Positions 52,301 to 55,988 of a stretch of DNA of 57,801 nucleotides are shown here, piece by piece. The notes under the pieces were generated by a model, which was not told where the DNA came from, searched no databases, and worked only from the letters and a program-made list of their open reading frames with translations. Each line of letters begins with the position of its first letter. Within the stretch, counting starts at the first letter, position 1. The DNA comes from an uncultured Elusimicrobiales bacterium (GTDB lineage: Bacteria; Elusimicrobiota; Elusimicrobia; Elusimicrobiales; CAZFMJ01), in NCBI GenBank assembly GCA_964520045.1, contig CAZFMJ010000004.1:5131-62931 (forward strand). The letters are read 5' to 3'. A program made the position numbers and the translations under genes.

Positions 52301-54615
52301 CCATTTTCGTCTACGAAGGCAAATATGTACAGGTTTGCCGGAGCCGGCACGTTATACACCGTAACGGGAGCGCCGGACGAAACAGCTGACATATAGATAG
52401 GAGAACCGTCTATGTTATCCATGAATGCCACATAAAAATTCCCCGTATGGGAACCGGAGTAATTTATGGTCATGTTTATCGACCCTGTCGCTGAATATAT
52501 GGTGAAATCATGGCCGGAGCTGGTCTGGCCCACCCCGACTTCCATACCCCCGCTTTCTATCTGGCCGTTCATGTCCGGATTTCCAAGAACATATCCCGTT
52601 ATCTTTGAACTGCGGTCAGCCTGCACCGGAAGCGAATACGCATACTGCGTTGTTCCCCCCGCGAGCGGGATAACGACTGAGCTGACAAGAACCTCATCGT
52701 TTCCGGACAGCCATTGCCATGCTTTAACCACAAGACTGTCTCCGGGCCTGTCGCCGGCAAAGGTTATTGTTCCCGCCAGATTTCCGTACTGGATAAGCTG
52801 GCCGGTATTAAAATTGAAAGTATACGGCGTGTCCATACACATGCCTTCCGAGCAGAAACTCTGAACTTTGACCATATACTGCGTATAGGGATCCAGATTA
52901 CCGCCGGTCAGGGTTATTCTGTACCTGTATTGGCCGGGAACGGGCATATCCACGAACTGAAAACTCTGAAACAGCGAAGTATAATTAAAATTGCTGCCGT
53001 CCATGGTTTTTCCAAACTGCAGATAAGAGCCTATGGCTGAATTGTCATAGGGATATACAAAACCCGTAAAAATGACATCTATGCTTGAGAGGCTGGGGGA
53101 AACGTTCGTGGCGTCGTACTGGGGCAGGGTGTCCCCAACCGACGGATTCATGACAGCGGGCGGAGCGGAAGCGAATGCCCCTGTAGACACATAATCGGCG
53201 TACTTTGCTGTGTTATAGCGCCATGAAACTATAACTCCGTTCTGGGAATCAGTAACAGCAGGCTGACCCGACCCATAATAAGGCGGCATGGAACCGGAAA
53301 CATCCACAATAGTCCCCAATGCGCCGGTTGCGGCGGAAACTCTTGAGGCAACTATATGCCCGTTGTTATGCGCATAGCCGGCTATATAATAATATCCGTC
53401 CTTATACAACAGTCCGTCCCCGCTATTGCGCTGTCCGAAAGGAACATCCCACACCGGCGAACCTCCCCCGCTTGACACTCTTGCGATATACTCCGCCGAA
53501 GTGCTCCAATTATCCGGAGCCGCTATTGTGGAATAAACAACCGCAAGACCGCCCGGATCAACCGCTACTTCTTCCGGGGAAGCCCATTTGCCCTCAGCTC
53601 CGGCCGCTATAAGCTGGCCTCCGCCGTCCCCTATTGTAAACGCGCCTACGGCATTGCCGTCAGCGTCCACATGCGTCGCGTAGACTTCGGTATAATTGCC
53701 CGCCGCCCTCGTGTCATCCCATACGATATAAAAACCGTCATTTCCGTCTTCCAGAACATCCAATTCGTCTAGCGCCTGGTCGCCCGGCCCGGTAACAAGC
53801 GGTTTGCTCCATACCAAAGAGCCCGAGGCGGACCATTTTGCCCCGTATATGTCCATACTGCCCAAATCGTTTGAGGTCCACACAAAATACCCGCTTCCCG
53901 CAGTTGCGCCTCTTATCAATCCGGCATTGCTTAAGTTGGCCGCAATCAAAACAGCTCCGGTGGAATTATGCACGCAGTCCGCGTCGGCCGTGGGCCATTG
54001 GCAGTTTCCGCTGGAATCCAGCCTCTGAACCACACCGCCGACTCCCTCAATCCCCATGCCGACGGCCGCCCCGCCGTCAAGCGTTTCTATAAGTTCCCCG
54101 CCGCCGGCATAGCCGGGAGACACCTGCTTCGGCCCCCACACAGACATCCCGTCCGGAGCGATCCTGTGCAGGAATATCCTTGAAGGGAACTCGTCTCCCA
54201 CCGACGTCCCTTCATATTCCTGCCAGAATATAATAATGCCGCCCGAGCCGTCGCCTACGGGACTGGCATGACTGCCCTGGGCATTGGTCGAAACGCTTAC
54301 TCTCATCGGCACGCCTGAATTCCACATCAGCGCGCCCGTGAGACTCACATGCTGAGCGTACATCTGGGGATAACCGGGATGCTCCGGCGCAGTGGCGGAC
54401 CATACCTGATAAAAACCGCCGTTTCCATCGGCAAGATAATAGGTTTCAGAGTCATTGTCATTAAAATCATACCCGGATGAAACCGTAATAGGCCATGAAG
54501 CATGCGCCTGCCATGCGGTTCCCAATGCAATGCATAAAATTAAAGCCGCGCCTTTGGCGGCGGCTTTCAAATTTGAATAAACCTTTTCAGTCTTGTTTAA
54601 CGTAATTTTTTTCAT
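34324..54615 (-). CDS. Giant (6,763 aa) secreted multi-domain surface protein / putative adhesin with FlgD-Ig/T9SS-like C-terminal domain
   Basis: Uninterrupted 20.3-kb ORF; Sec signal ending AHA|SW; beta-propeller-like repeats, Ig/FN3-like, PPC-like, LecA-like and carboxypeptidase-regulatory-like modules; about 20 DxNxN-type loops; C-terminal YNFPNPFN...KIYNMAGELV...WNGVN..GQPVASGVY. Confidence 0.9.
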   Translation of the reverse strand: MKKITLNKTEKVYSNLKAAAKGAALILCIALGTAWQAHASWPITVSSGYDFNDNDSETYYLADGNGGFYQVWSATAPEHPGYPQMYAQHVSLTGALMWNSGVPMRVSVSTNAQGSHASPVGDGSGGIIIFWQEYEGTSVGDEFPSRIFLHRIAPDGMSVWGPKQVSPGYAGGGELIETLDGGAAVGMGIEGVGGVVQRLDSSGNCQWPTADADCVHNSTGAVLIAANLSNAGLIRGATAGSGYFVWTSNDLGSMDIYGAKWSASGSLVWSKPLVTGPGDQALDELDVLEDGNDGFYIVWDDTRAAGNYTEVYATHVDADGNAVGAFTIGDGGGQLIAAGAEGKWASPEEVAVDPGGLAVVYSTIAAPDNWSTSAEYIARVSSGGGSPVWDVPFGQRNSGDGLLYKDGYYYIAGYAHNNGHIVASRVSAATGALGTIVDVSGSMPPYYGSGQPAVTDSQNGVIVSWRYNTAKYADYVSTGAFASAPPAVMNPSVGDTLPQYDATNVSPSLSSIDVIFTGFVYPYDNSAIGSYLQFGKTMDGSNFNYTSLFQSFQFVDMPVPGQYRYRITLTGGNLDPYTQYMVKVQSFCSEGMCMDTPYTFNFNTGQLIQYGNLAGTITFAGDRPGDSLVVKAWQWLSGNDEVLVSSVVIPLAGGTTQYAYSLPVQADRSSKITGYVLGNPDMNGQIESGGMEVGVGQTSSGHDFTIYSATGSINMTINYSGSHTGNFYVAFMDNIDGSPIYMSAVSSGAPVTVYNVPAPANLYIFAFVDENGDMEPRGFEPLGYKGTWGPMAYFNTNAVAVAAASDTVVDAGSIDLHEMGSVAGTLNLGLNSGNFRVALVHGDPLAGSLVVEDDEHLYVNTVFNCSTCVYTALYDFSGIVPGTDYAVFAYFDRNDNRSPDAGETFGLSSLGLSVVENATTTVNMPVTQRYYGGTSDLTVNLNYLGSVNAGNYSIVLSTDLGDPYTGAGYVYSPSASGTFKGLSSNTTYFIFSSRDTDSSGSYQKDAVTEPMGWMSYYMGTAGSFSTPLNVVDPAVMAVTLSNKPAGDRVIAEFVNIPGYSGYIESTTDSYFETGVMPSPYFGYDVTINAFVDNNPENGQYDAGESSVTYSVWASSSASNPVVLTFSGGGGGGTPVFSGDFNQTSGAVYDGGDMDMAQGLAYNNGYVYGIAISSGIGGIVYKYDTLGNKQAHAVITELYPTGIAVNNNGVYVTGQIADTGFGTYRYNDSLVLISSAVLSGDASARGITVDNSGNVYVIGSESEAGPHMGPPSDYKFVKYSYDLASPVLGTFDAGGNDEGYGVAVDNTDSSVYLAGYNFIGGTTNYVTAKLNSSLAFVSSGAYTNAYFSEHSWMSIAFKDSTRELFLTGAVPSAQNGRDIGIVRYNSGLAQTAFYQWNGADDAAFIKIAQDGNIYVQGNTYDGMTNDDVVVGKFDADLGYIASAIKSFDQSYEPGGIALDSIGNVYAAGTYLGGAENEYDVSTGKFPYTEFTGGGGGGTGNLQALIDFQGSGSSGDYVVLVSSVGYGRMVSNPSLQPDTNFQFFSLPAPATYYVFAFRDTDGNFQMQRNTGEPFGIARIFVPEGGLGSGTITIVDPAPVAVTMNNKPAGTAYLEFLLTPDEMLREMAPASPWNTELPPSTYFNSMVTAFAFVDNNMNNVYDEGEPNGTSSDNWITGGVPNYITVNFGGGGPVEAGTMTVTAVNAALPYGKLYNDAPMLKFTLAVNSGEAYFNGIELNIVGSVVMANNEISDVAIAKEINGDGKYNYYDDQMVGNIWNMGVSTFTVTTYSNEVITTTPSVYYVLARPNNFSALGKTVSVSIQSKNAFTLSKGYIADGSYPMTSAQMEVSNSVFAGNYENYGNFWVGYNQTANIESTGTWSAGGSYGETGPAGSGSCSAGCKIESAPRGALVARVGYSGAWQLIGVSSTISSGENSGDLFLAMNDDDYYDGNYGELFFKAWIQAKAARWTGNGVTDYATDANNWEGNMPPGYGDDVVFDGVGTNADKQCDWDIFWNTSKSLTLGPSFTGTVRIVQSPSFNQLTVDNAIDIQGGTLDTNGQSLQAKGGITVGGASNGTLFLNAVNSNSPLYLGSAGLTVTSSGTFRSGGASSAFISGVDYGQYPIYILGGTVTVNSAGGTTFDNVLGITLNTGNAVMNNVSFMGLQPGVAALILNPPSGANLTFNNWNFDGSVSTNVNTAGAAYSFNLVMTNASGPKMGSVNERGMDPNNYVTWSPEGGLSGGEIEGQVSYSGSTGGSLYVYLSTSNNPTDPYVLMYSSAQPSFPHTYHFVDLTAPATYYVYAYADGNNNPQGSYGKPGEVYGATGIYLAQGSLVQTGKNITLDNQGTFAGTILKNGDQQGWIIVEAWHATGGLLANKIEFPGYYPYMPYSIPVAPGSDYYVRVFTDVDGDKTWDSFEGSGQFGPNITATAGVVEDNVNLEISSGTAVPGGTMFVSYQPFSGYMSKNTYESEEPILNLGVWTDGLDAYFKYLSLLPAGTSDPSSFKVDVYRDYNGNGMRDYDDEWTGNGYFTASSTAPVVIDLDHLSAPPLVTAATRYFLITAGVINPGQVQNDDSIGVIVSSSGMGLTQGQVSEFAPITSGIRTVKPSVNASAAVCYSEWCGAYMDVNIYGGQTLSISATGQWTVQGTQVDARGGNTYGGIVPGAPLGALIARIGNNPWIYVGTGTTLQYTGFGGGLKLGMNKCDNCSYNDTFGKLFISYAVTGSTTATVMGTITYDGLTSGSITIEAKQWNESGLQVAASTSVALVGGTTVYPYVFSGIPGQRSSMIFAHVSSDEAQMGGYPGDLWLEPGAVRAGIDFRVNPGAGTINSTLSYSGAQTQGVVTAVLFKSFESQPVYTSTCSAAGEPYSAVGTFSLPNVPGPDQYYMAVFIDFNNNGEPDGPEPLGYFGNPGPLSQIGANAVQVAVASAATVNVPSITLYDMGQINGTLALGQLHGEVGVEVWHGAPGGLSSVRENWKEYYVEMCGWTGCANQLEYSLGTLSPGSDYAVFAYVDDNKNRQFDAGEKFGVSQLNLSVSANAVTFANMSIQETLVPPPPPSLTGVAEDVSQIRWTWQDVLSETGYKLLDSTGGFITSLPANTTYYLEDIGTGNTAGAIRGIKSANSYGDSNAVFVPQPVYTLAVIPSVEIVSRTESSIGINLSISGNSAGTRYGIQRSTSSSGGFVTVLAGTAPVAGYLDEGLSPSAAYYYRARTFNAANIASGFSDPMSASTVTLMGAGYSIAGAIIYSGQQSGPIIVRAFTGADFTGLVKSISLQGGNEYYLGDLTNGVNYYVRAFVDVTGDGIKTTNEDSGVAANPINVTGAMAGKNISLMRDTIAPKMPTLLTASAGFMTVNLSWTASVSGDALGYEIERSTSNTFAGNVMRISSSAPAGYATGTAYTDNNPVTGVYSYYRMRTLDWGMNVSSWTSPASVRATSGGSITGIVHAYDTASQGSYHVRVSTSPDANISSIADIIVSTSPNTYTVTGLSDGVYYMRGYRDVNGDFTQSRRNEPSGTHGGIARPFDLYVTQGNTITGKDLIVCNRVPLAVGVSTVTAISEAACRALDRGPDYYTRIFTFEVGYGAGKVTPGSQLNITANAVNGGFSDSYLYLIGPSGDVVTQDDDSNGNGNARINYTVQEEGIYLLEPTSFSPASSGDVEVAMNITGGYNGMVSGTVGYLGSPYANQGQVYVQVFNNLDPYAWPMRFVTASSTGTFEIEGLQDGNFYLKAYWDINNNSMRDAFEPYGYHGSSAPAAFNVSGGLTTDSLNIIMTDPPMGAVSGTLSYTGSKTGNIRIEAGKVRSDCPDCGTRDLDIKKFTYLYSVDRSTTAAYTLTLLEPATQYYIRAYMDLNSNNEKDVLEPYVSSGTINIIAGSTATGVNLLLRDPGTGTTGNSNISGYVHYTPSAGSVSTGTVWIGWALDDEFDNVPYWTTSSSRSVSGGTASWYYSKTNILGNATYYMAAFLDLNGNGLPDDMTLGEPLGFYGTGGEFAPLYIPVSSNAAANVTVQEPAKGSLSGTIYYSNSNTNYGAVRVEAWVENCQGNGCGNRTQINWAQGVASYPFTLNFMGASTSYHLYAFMDTNNSGNHDQGEPNAWSDTSYTVAEGLPTAGVQLNMFDPGQFIGVENIGRISGLVSYSGQQAGSIIVRMFDNAGRTGAPVRTFNTCPAGSSCSYEFLNLSGGMYYLDAYMDTSANGIYDGSFEAYGIIGNSAGINISPAFNQIFDQNGNINDPAYVLVSTGSRAISGAISVLSQNTAGKVRIQLFRYNADKEVMRYPIRSIAENYTQQPVFYSFTDVDDGNYLVQAFLDSNDNYWPDSPQEAWGQSKTVDLGTLVPASGVNFKACYRASIQSGVQVVGSLAASDCVSPERPSSYLDYYTFEGRNGDVVTIEMTGTGFSDKYLYLYRPSTEETGTPHYYNLAASAEPDYVTGNAAISAFTLRETGQYVIGATSLGGAITGEYRLSLNTSGSATGAIAGDARYNGTQGGMIRVGLFNTTDLKNSEPLRGTDMTVSGPFNFTGLPTGSTYYIAGFMDVNLDGNINDGEDFGVYGPSLDNPTPIVLRAGQNISGLQFAINTTTVTPQGPVPAVISGFISYTGAFAGTLRVEAWNDSKFQGYPVAVRSVETGYWPTAYDMQLPGNSQYYFKAFLDMNGNAMPDANEPKGAYQPNNQGPEPRYVSEGEEASGVDFALYDPGISGGDVKGEGWASILPAQIPAGSMFDSTITVRVGPNGLSQNGVIAFSLPFNFYGGLQTGCPQCSNYVSFSTGGAVNPPIAALNSFGSGAEIRLAAGQSLSEGASVYIMLKGLNSPCETGTAVFHVGTSKSGSTPAPLVNGEPSSALVAGTAANISMRMAGSENSYNITLPANSISTMVVEGRDMCWNPAPFAGVTVATVSGQSYDYATGAFAADPNMQFSRNVGLAALAAGQTGITIPAGVSSATFHVRPLTAGFHNIALSYNLGYANTSYMGVQVMAGQAITGANISTGTYNSALTQITINPVDNARAYINFALSDPSIGWHVIISSRTFREGVTTTAIWESWGWGQPYLGQVVWDGHYSPWINYGSVVPSGVYYVKIEVGSLSNTDLRIDVTVPQVSGRVLDAGVVPSRPLAGVNINASGPSGWGQTVTDSNGNYSIPGLAAGTYNFQFTKPEYASISTNVIVNAAGATRNASMRGAPALILIPSFSGVNSNTADQWGWINVHTDNWDRVYNGGLRLIGGTTNFDDGGSWDASTGQIVYRSRIRFDVEAGTYTVDAQLYGYGNVSATAYVGSIGAVVNLSPFSRKANVSGLVKLPAGALNANGTWISVNAMPQDMSSSNQGAWGGIWLEPNLSSGTYNLFGVDPGTYVIRGQVPGFSGVSSTFPVVVAYTDRVVDLPEFNTGGQITGTVSIKGSASAMSNFELLDTKPECIDGQHNGCAFKVWINVWSPATFSNGWAEVYLSTGTVSGSEQIASSAYTITGLESNSSYQLFANLDRRSNGPGEFSTPGGFPKIVPVPVTNNAGDFSFELASGVINGTIYLPETVNGAPTTAADFQQVSMTGRILNSDNPYATTDSGIYMADITGTSGGEGLPGLVINGSRAVFRVEGLETQTMEIIFTFKATGRSKTYQLKVVNGAVTNVVVDLRDETYAVSGAVVATQISNPDFNTSQKIVQNSSFTLAAGYPAYAVGTVIPIEAVRREMTQTGIVLSDTYDPMRTRVGYITAAGSYTVSGLQEGVYTLRTLPLQLCATCAVSVPKQEKIVTVRRSDYLSGNVMVNGTAVSTGAVNFTLFDGVDVSGNISIANDIQDARSLQLTLLNNSNQVVRSTAAMLGNVFTNTLSNSAAYSMAGLQRGGYYTLQVRDVKDSSGTVKYVASPIKFPDVTVTGGLQQNLSNQNVILKQGAFLKFKLRDMNTVSIIAQNNASLLAPNFSCYAISNPWVQGGYYLSGTSVTVNGIGRPVEYDGTVKIGPVLPDIYYDVRCEQTSWDIGYMRQGAQNYSPVIKTGIKPVAGETRDLGVFDLNQGQALTGLVVNSDGGAPLANVKMLAKPSYVVNPMTIQTMTNRDGRYSVWVSTYISRYFDITAAPREQTANVSGSTEVYKETVKRAIDLTKTTEVNFSLEQMRGDLQGTIVTVDSGPLSYPFGDMRGFPVAAVFIQPYGTLPKNNPMGDIEAITDPDGRFEVLGLSVGTYTIRAVSLNYAVTNATFAITQAGSKDIGSVVLEKGATISGAIRKPDTTAPGGWTSPSANEIGMIVAANDGFTEFVVGTVLVNSESNTVDQYAISGFKPDITYVMALVPPFGGDIVFPVEGMVRFTQAESTASVPGQILTFRPAIGDCAATTKRTLDLAGATQFQLKFTCSKALRNRLPSDNDLDAIILSSGTGSFVLGSKTISFDRKQMTAAYKPGAGENRFQIIISSAYINEIDPNSLERANFMIYKTFDFYTGISAGAQEKITNMNGGMVELESASTETEHTSAEFEAGSFALEGSTYAVVNTTVTVVIRRFEDSGNAFTTVSVSKYDDGENIAKIAASKGLPVELYGAILAVKNQDGGGYKAQAGGAGSATNYTPFSSFYDFFLPAGISHTLQKKARITLSYDLTKSTATNNPDMLNVYYLPCSSCSYQIQEDGKAVDPFNNTISVNIGHMSVYTVFYSTLVTVAPVVGSTVAYTGTEFKAYNFPNPFNLSLKTKSTNMLAGMGGYTAGAQCVTRGTCIRIFVPAGMSGNLLLKIYNMAGELVWDDTLPYTAGQTTVYAWNGVNKTGQPVASGVYIGEIKLDGKKDFFKMAVVKDSRYQ

Positions 54616-54649
54616 ATATATTCACCTTTTTTTAACGAAGATGATCAAC

Positions 54650-54705
54650 TGCTCACCATCACTTTCTGCTCATCACTTAAAACTTACCGCCAACTTACGA
54701 CTTCT
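54650..54705. repeat. Heptamer repeat arm (CTTAC family) right after the beta-barrel stop
   Basis: cacttaa aacttac cgc caacttac gacttct; AACTTACCGC is the exact reverse complement of GCGGTAAGTT at 55882-55891. Confidence 0.65.
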
Positions 54706-54706
54706 T

Positions 54707-55945
54707 TTAAAATTCGTAAGAAAATCCGAGCAAATACGTTGTCACGTCAAAATTATATCTGTAAAGCTTTTCATACGACATATTCGATACCTGCTTCCCG
54801 TACTGAAAGGAAACCAGCCCCTTAAAACCCGGAGCAAGCGGATATGACGCCGAAGCCGAAAGAAGCCACTCATTCATATAAATGCTGTCTGTTCCGTAAA
54901 GGCCCGCCGAATCCTGAATCGGCCTTTTGGAATATTTCGTCCTTCCCACACCGGCGCCCGCCCTGATCTCTGTAAATTTTTTATCGTCATTTGCTAAAGG
55001 GATCTGCACCGCCATATCGACTCCGAACCTGTACTTGTTATAATTGTAGTAATCCGCCAGATAGGTCGTTCTCTGCGCGTCATAGCTGTTCTGGTTGGAG
55101 CGGTTTGCCAACAGAGTAAAACCGACCCCAGGAATAAGCTTCACGCCTTTGGCTGTTTTGTTCGGCACTTTCCAACTTAAATCAAACATTCCCATGGTAT
55201 CGTTTCTTGTGCCTGTTTCAAACTGGCCGGCGGTGTTAATCACATGCTGTTCATCATACGCCCTTGCGGTTAAATTGCCGGATACCGCAAGAACCGACCC
55301 CCCGGCATTTCCGGTTACGGAAAAAGTGACCCCATGGTTTACCGAATTAAGCACCTCAGAACCTGCCATTTCTCTGGCAAGACTGCCCGCCGACTGGCCC
55401 GCTATCTGGGATTCCAAAGAGGTGTAATTAAGAAAATTGATCAAATAAAAATCATATCCCAAGCGCACTGAAAACGGATCATTATAAAGGTATTCGCATT
55501 CAAGCGAAAAAGCGGGTTTATGATAGTCAAAAAGCCCTTTGCCCCATTTTTCATCTTTTGTTTCCTTTAAAAGATCCCATTTAAACTCCGCTTCCGGCTT
55601 TATCCTTAATTTCGGAGAAATCGAATATATTCCCCGCACGGCCACCTTATGGTCCATCCTTTCCTGGAAAAGCGTACCGCCTCCCACCAAATCAGTAACC
55701 TGTTTTGTGCCCTGATATCTTCCGCTATATAAAGGAATAAGGGTTAACTCTCTGGACATTTTGACGGAAGCCGAAGCAAGGGCGCTTGCATTCCCGGAAA
55801 GCGCTCCCTCCTGCCCCGAAAAGAAATACTGCCCGCCCAAAAACGAGGCGTTGAAATAAGGAGTGACTTCGTAAGCCGTAAGCGGTAAGTTGTAAGCGGT
55901 AAGTAAAAAAACAACCAAAGAAAATAAGCGTGTGTAAAATCTCAT
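54707..55945 (-). CDS. Putative outer membrane beta-barrel protein
   Basis: AGGAGG RBS, signal peptide, Tyr/Phe/Gly-rich alternating strands, C-terminal LGFSYEF (BAM-type aromatic end). Confidence 0.75.
   Translation of the reverse strand: MRFYTRLFSLVVFLLTAYNLPLTAYEVTPYFNASFLGGQYFFSGQEGALSGNASALASASVKMSRELTLIPLYSGRYQGTKQVTDLVGGGTLFQERMDHKVAVRGIYSISPKLRIKPEAEFKWDLLKETKDEKWGKGLFDYHKPAFSLECEYLYNDPFSVRLGYDFYLINFLNYTSLESQIAGQSAGSLAREMAGSEVLNSVNHGVTFSVTGNAGGSVLAVSGNLTARAYDEQHVINTAGQFETGTRNDTMGMFDLSWKVPNKTAKGVKLIPGVGFTLLANRSNQNSYDAQRTTYLADYYNYNKYRFGVDMAVQIPLANDDKKFTEIRAGAGVGRTKYSKRPIQDSAGLYGTDSIYMNEWLLSASASYPLAPGFKGLVSFQYGKQVSNMSYEKLYRYNFDVTTYLLGFSYEF
55871..55905. repeat. Heptamer tandem repeat (GTAAGCG x5) inside a signal-peptide coding region
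   Basis: gtaagcc gtaagcg gtaagtt gtaagcg gtaagta, encoding ...LLTAYNLPLTAY... Confidence 0.85.
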
Positions 55946-55988
55946 TATATACCCCTCCTGAGCTATATATGACGACCCTGGTTAACCG

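Noticed and set aside
34324-54615. Giant protein as a multiheme cytochrome, RTX/MARTX toxin, Rhs toxin or NRPS/PKS
   Set aside because: No CxxCH, GGxGxD nonapeptide arrays, YD repeats or synthase domain motifs seen.
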